A DNA stretch of 64,000 nt from Chiloscyllium plagiosum. Taxonomy: Eukaryota. The translations under genes and the position numbers were made by a program. Location of the stretch: positions 3,991,462-4,055,461 of the forward strand of contig NC_057755.1 of assembly GCF_004010195.1 (NCBI RefSeq). Reading direction: 5' to 3'. The notes beneath the pieces were generated by a model that saw nothing but the letters and a program-made list of their open reading frames with translations, searched no databases and was not told the origin of the DNA. Below, piece after piece: positions 61,800 to 64,000 of the stretch (its first letter is position 1; the number at the start of each line of letters is the position of its first letter).

Positions 61800-62530
61800 C
61801 AATGAGGTCATGATTCATCATCCTATATTCTACAATCGTGTCATTTCCCCATAACCAGTCGATTCCCTTGCTGATGAAACAACCGTTTCTATCTTAACCT
61901 TGAATATATTCCATGACCTAACCTCCACAGCACTCTGTGGGAAAGCATTCCATAGATTCACTTCCCTCAGATGAAAGATTTCCTACTCATCTCTGTCTGA
62001 AATGGGTGACTTCTTATTCTAAGACAATACCCTCTGATCCTTGACACTCCCACAAGGGGAAACGTACTTCCCACCCTTCCACTGGCAAGTCCTCGAAGAA
62101 TTTTGTCCATTTCAATTAGGTCGCCTCACATTCTTCTAAATTCCAATGAGTGCAGAGCCAACCGACTCAACCTGTCCCCATTAGACAGTTGCTCCATCCC
62201 TGGAATCAGCTGAGTGAACCCTCTCTGGACAGTCTCCAATCTCCCTTCCCTTAGATAAAAAGACCAAAACTGTTCACAGTTTTCCTGCTGTGATCCCATA
62301 ACTGCCTTGTGTAGTTTTAGCTAAACGTTGCTACTGCTATGTTACATCTCCATTGAAATAAGACCAACAAAGGATTGTGGTTGCTGGAAATTAGAAACAA
62401 ATTCAGAAATTGATGGAGGAACTCAGTAGGTCTGACAGCATCTGTTGAGAGAAAACAGAGTTAACGTTTCAGGTCAGTGACTCTTCTTCTGAACTGTGTT
62501 TTTCTAGCAATTTCTGATTTTTGTTCCAGT
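61800..62530 (-). mobile_element. PLE terminus plus CR1 3' fragment composite (inverted paralog of 31273-32090)
   Basis: Same PLE/CR1 juxtaposition and the same shortened ctaagggaag..attggagac segment. Confidence 0.8.
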
Positions 62531-63627
62531 ATTTCAATTGCCTTCCCTATTACCCAATGAACTCTGATGATGACTTCGTTTTTTATTTTGATTTGCAGAT
62601 GAGGATTCCCAAATCCCTCTGACTGTAGCTTTCTACAGTCTTTCTCCATTTTAATAATATTCAACTCTTCTAGTCTTCCTGTCAAAGTGCATCACCTGTC
62701 ATTTATTCTCCTTATATTCACCTGCCAAATTTTCACTTTCATGTTTAACCTGTCTAGGAACTGGGACAGAGATAGACACAAGAGACAGAGAGAGAGAAAA
62801 AAAAATGCAATATCCTTATGATGGGAATAGATAGGAAGTGGACTCAGCAAACTCTCTGAAAAACAAACATGCACTAAATGTTAACTAGTTCAGATGAGCA
62901 GATCACCAGCACCCGGAGACTTTATCTTGTTGTAATAAAGTGTTTATTGTGAGCTGAACAGAGAGAGTCTGACAGTCATCATGGTGCAGGAGGGATTCCT
63001 TCTGCCCCTCCCCCTCCTGCCCTGCAGAGGAAATTCAGAGACTCCTTCTCCTGGTTTATAACACTCATCCACAGAGTTGTTGGGGAAGTCTCAATGCTCC
63101 AGCTGACCTCATCCCTCACAGCCAGGCCGTGATTTGGAATCACTCCTCCGGCCTCTTTCCATCCCCTCATGTCCCTGACAGTCACCTCTTTCCCCTGTAA
63201 CTGCTATCCCTTTATCATGTCCTACAAATTATTGAAGGCGGATATGGATAAATTCTTTTTCAAGTTTTCAATGGTGGGTGTGCCGGATGTATTTGAATTT
63301 TCCTCAGATGCAAAAGGGAACATGAATTTACAATTGCAATTGATGAGCCGCGATCTTCTGGGCTGGCTGAAGGACCCGACTTGAAGGGGTGACAGGCCTA
63401 CTGTCCATCAGTCAATCAGTCAATCAGGGGTAGCAGCGGGTTCCTGATCTTGGTGAATGGTTATACGTCCTGCTCCCCGACTCGCCATTCACCGTTGGTG
63501 TTATCCTCAGATCCATGTGATTTTAGTAATGGAATCTTGCCCGTACATCTACAATTCATGCTCAGAGAACATTGCAGCTCCCTCTGAACTTCACTGAGTT
63601 ATTTTGCTGAGTCATTAAGTGAAGACT

Positions 63628-64000
63628 TTACTTGACCCGCTGTTGCGCCGCCTTCGTGAACTTTGCTCTAAACTTGGGCAGAGTCACTGATTAAAATAAT
63701 GTGTTCGTGCTGCAGCTGAAATCTTTTAGCATTTCTCCGACATATGTTAAAAGCAGCGAATGGAATTTTCCATGATTTGTTTCTTTAGTGTTAAAGTATA
63801 AGATATGTGCACTATATACTGTCCAGAGAAGTATGAAGGTAAAGGATATGGTGAAGAGGGAAATCACCAACTTCCTCCGGCTCTCCATCTCTGCGCCTTT
63901 GTGACTCTCTCCCCTACTCACACCCTTCAGTGTCTTGCGGACTCGACTGGCCACTAAAATATATCTGATAGTCAGAGTGTTCATCAACATAATTAACATG
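63628..64000 (-). pseudogene. 3' end (TM5-TM7) of a second GPR139-like GPCR, continuing beyond the window; premature stop
   Basis: MNTLTIRYILVASRVRKTLKG...EMESRRKLVISLFTISFTFILLW...FSCSTNTLF*SVTLPKFR. TAA at 63693-63691 replaces the TM7 Tyr; the frame continues to a stop at 63630-63628. Confidence 0.85.

Overview
Repeat-dense vertebrate genomic DNA, almost certainly a shark or other elasmobranch (HE1-type V-SINEs, shark-type CR1 LINEs and Penelope-like elements), with N gaps at 6855-7691, 7827-8326, 18396-19227 and 36546-36559. I found no intact protein-coding gene. Most of the window is nested, degraded retroelements: CR1 LINEs (one nearly full length), Penelope-like elements carrying minimal hammerhead ribozyme motifs, RTE, Rex1/Babar and Vingi-like LINEs, Gmr1-type Gypsy remnants, a solo LTR, and the 3' half of an endogenous retrovirus (integrase end, gamma-type env, PPT, 3' LTR). 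Between them are host-gene fossils. Two convergent GPR139/GPR142-like GPCR pseudogenes are well supported. One or two heavily decayed NACHT-LRR (NLR) genes and a probable Ig V+C2 exon pair are only moderately to weakly supported. The region also shows an old inverted segmental duplication and three short insertions copied from nearby sequence. Family calls come from manual translation and remembered consensus motifs, not from database searches. Boundaries of old repeats are approximate.
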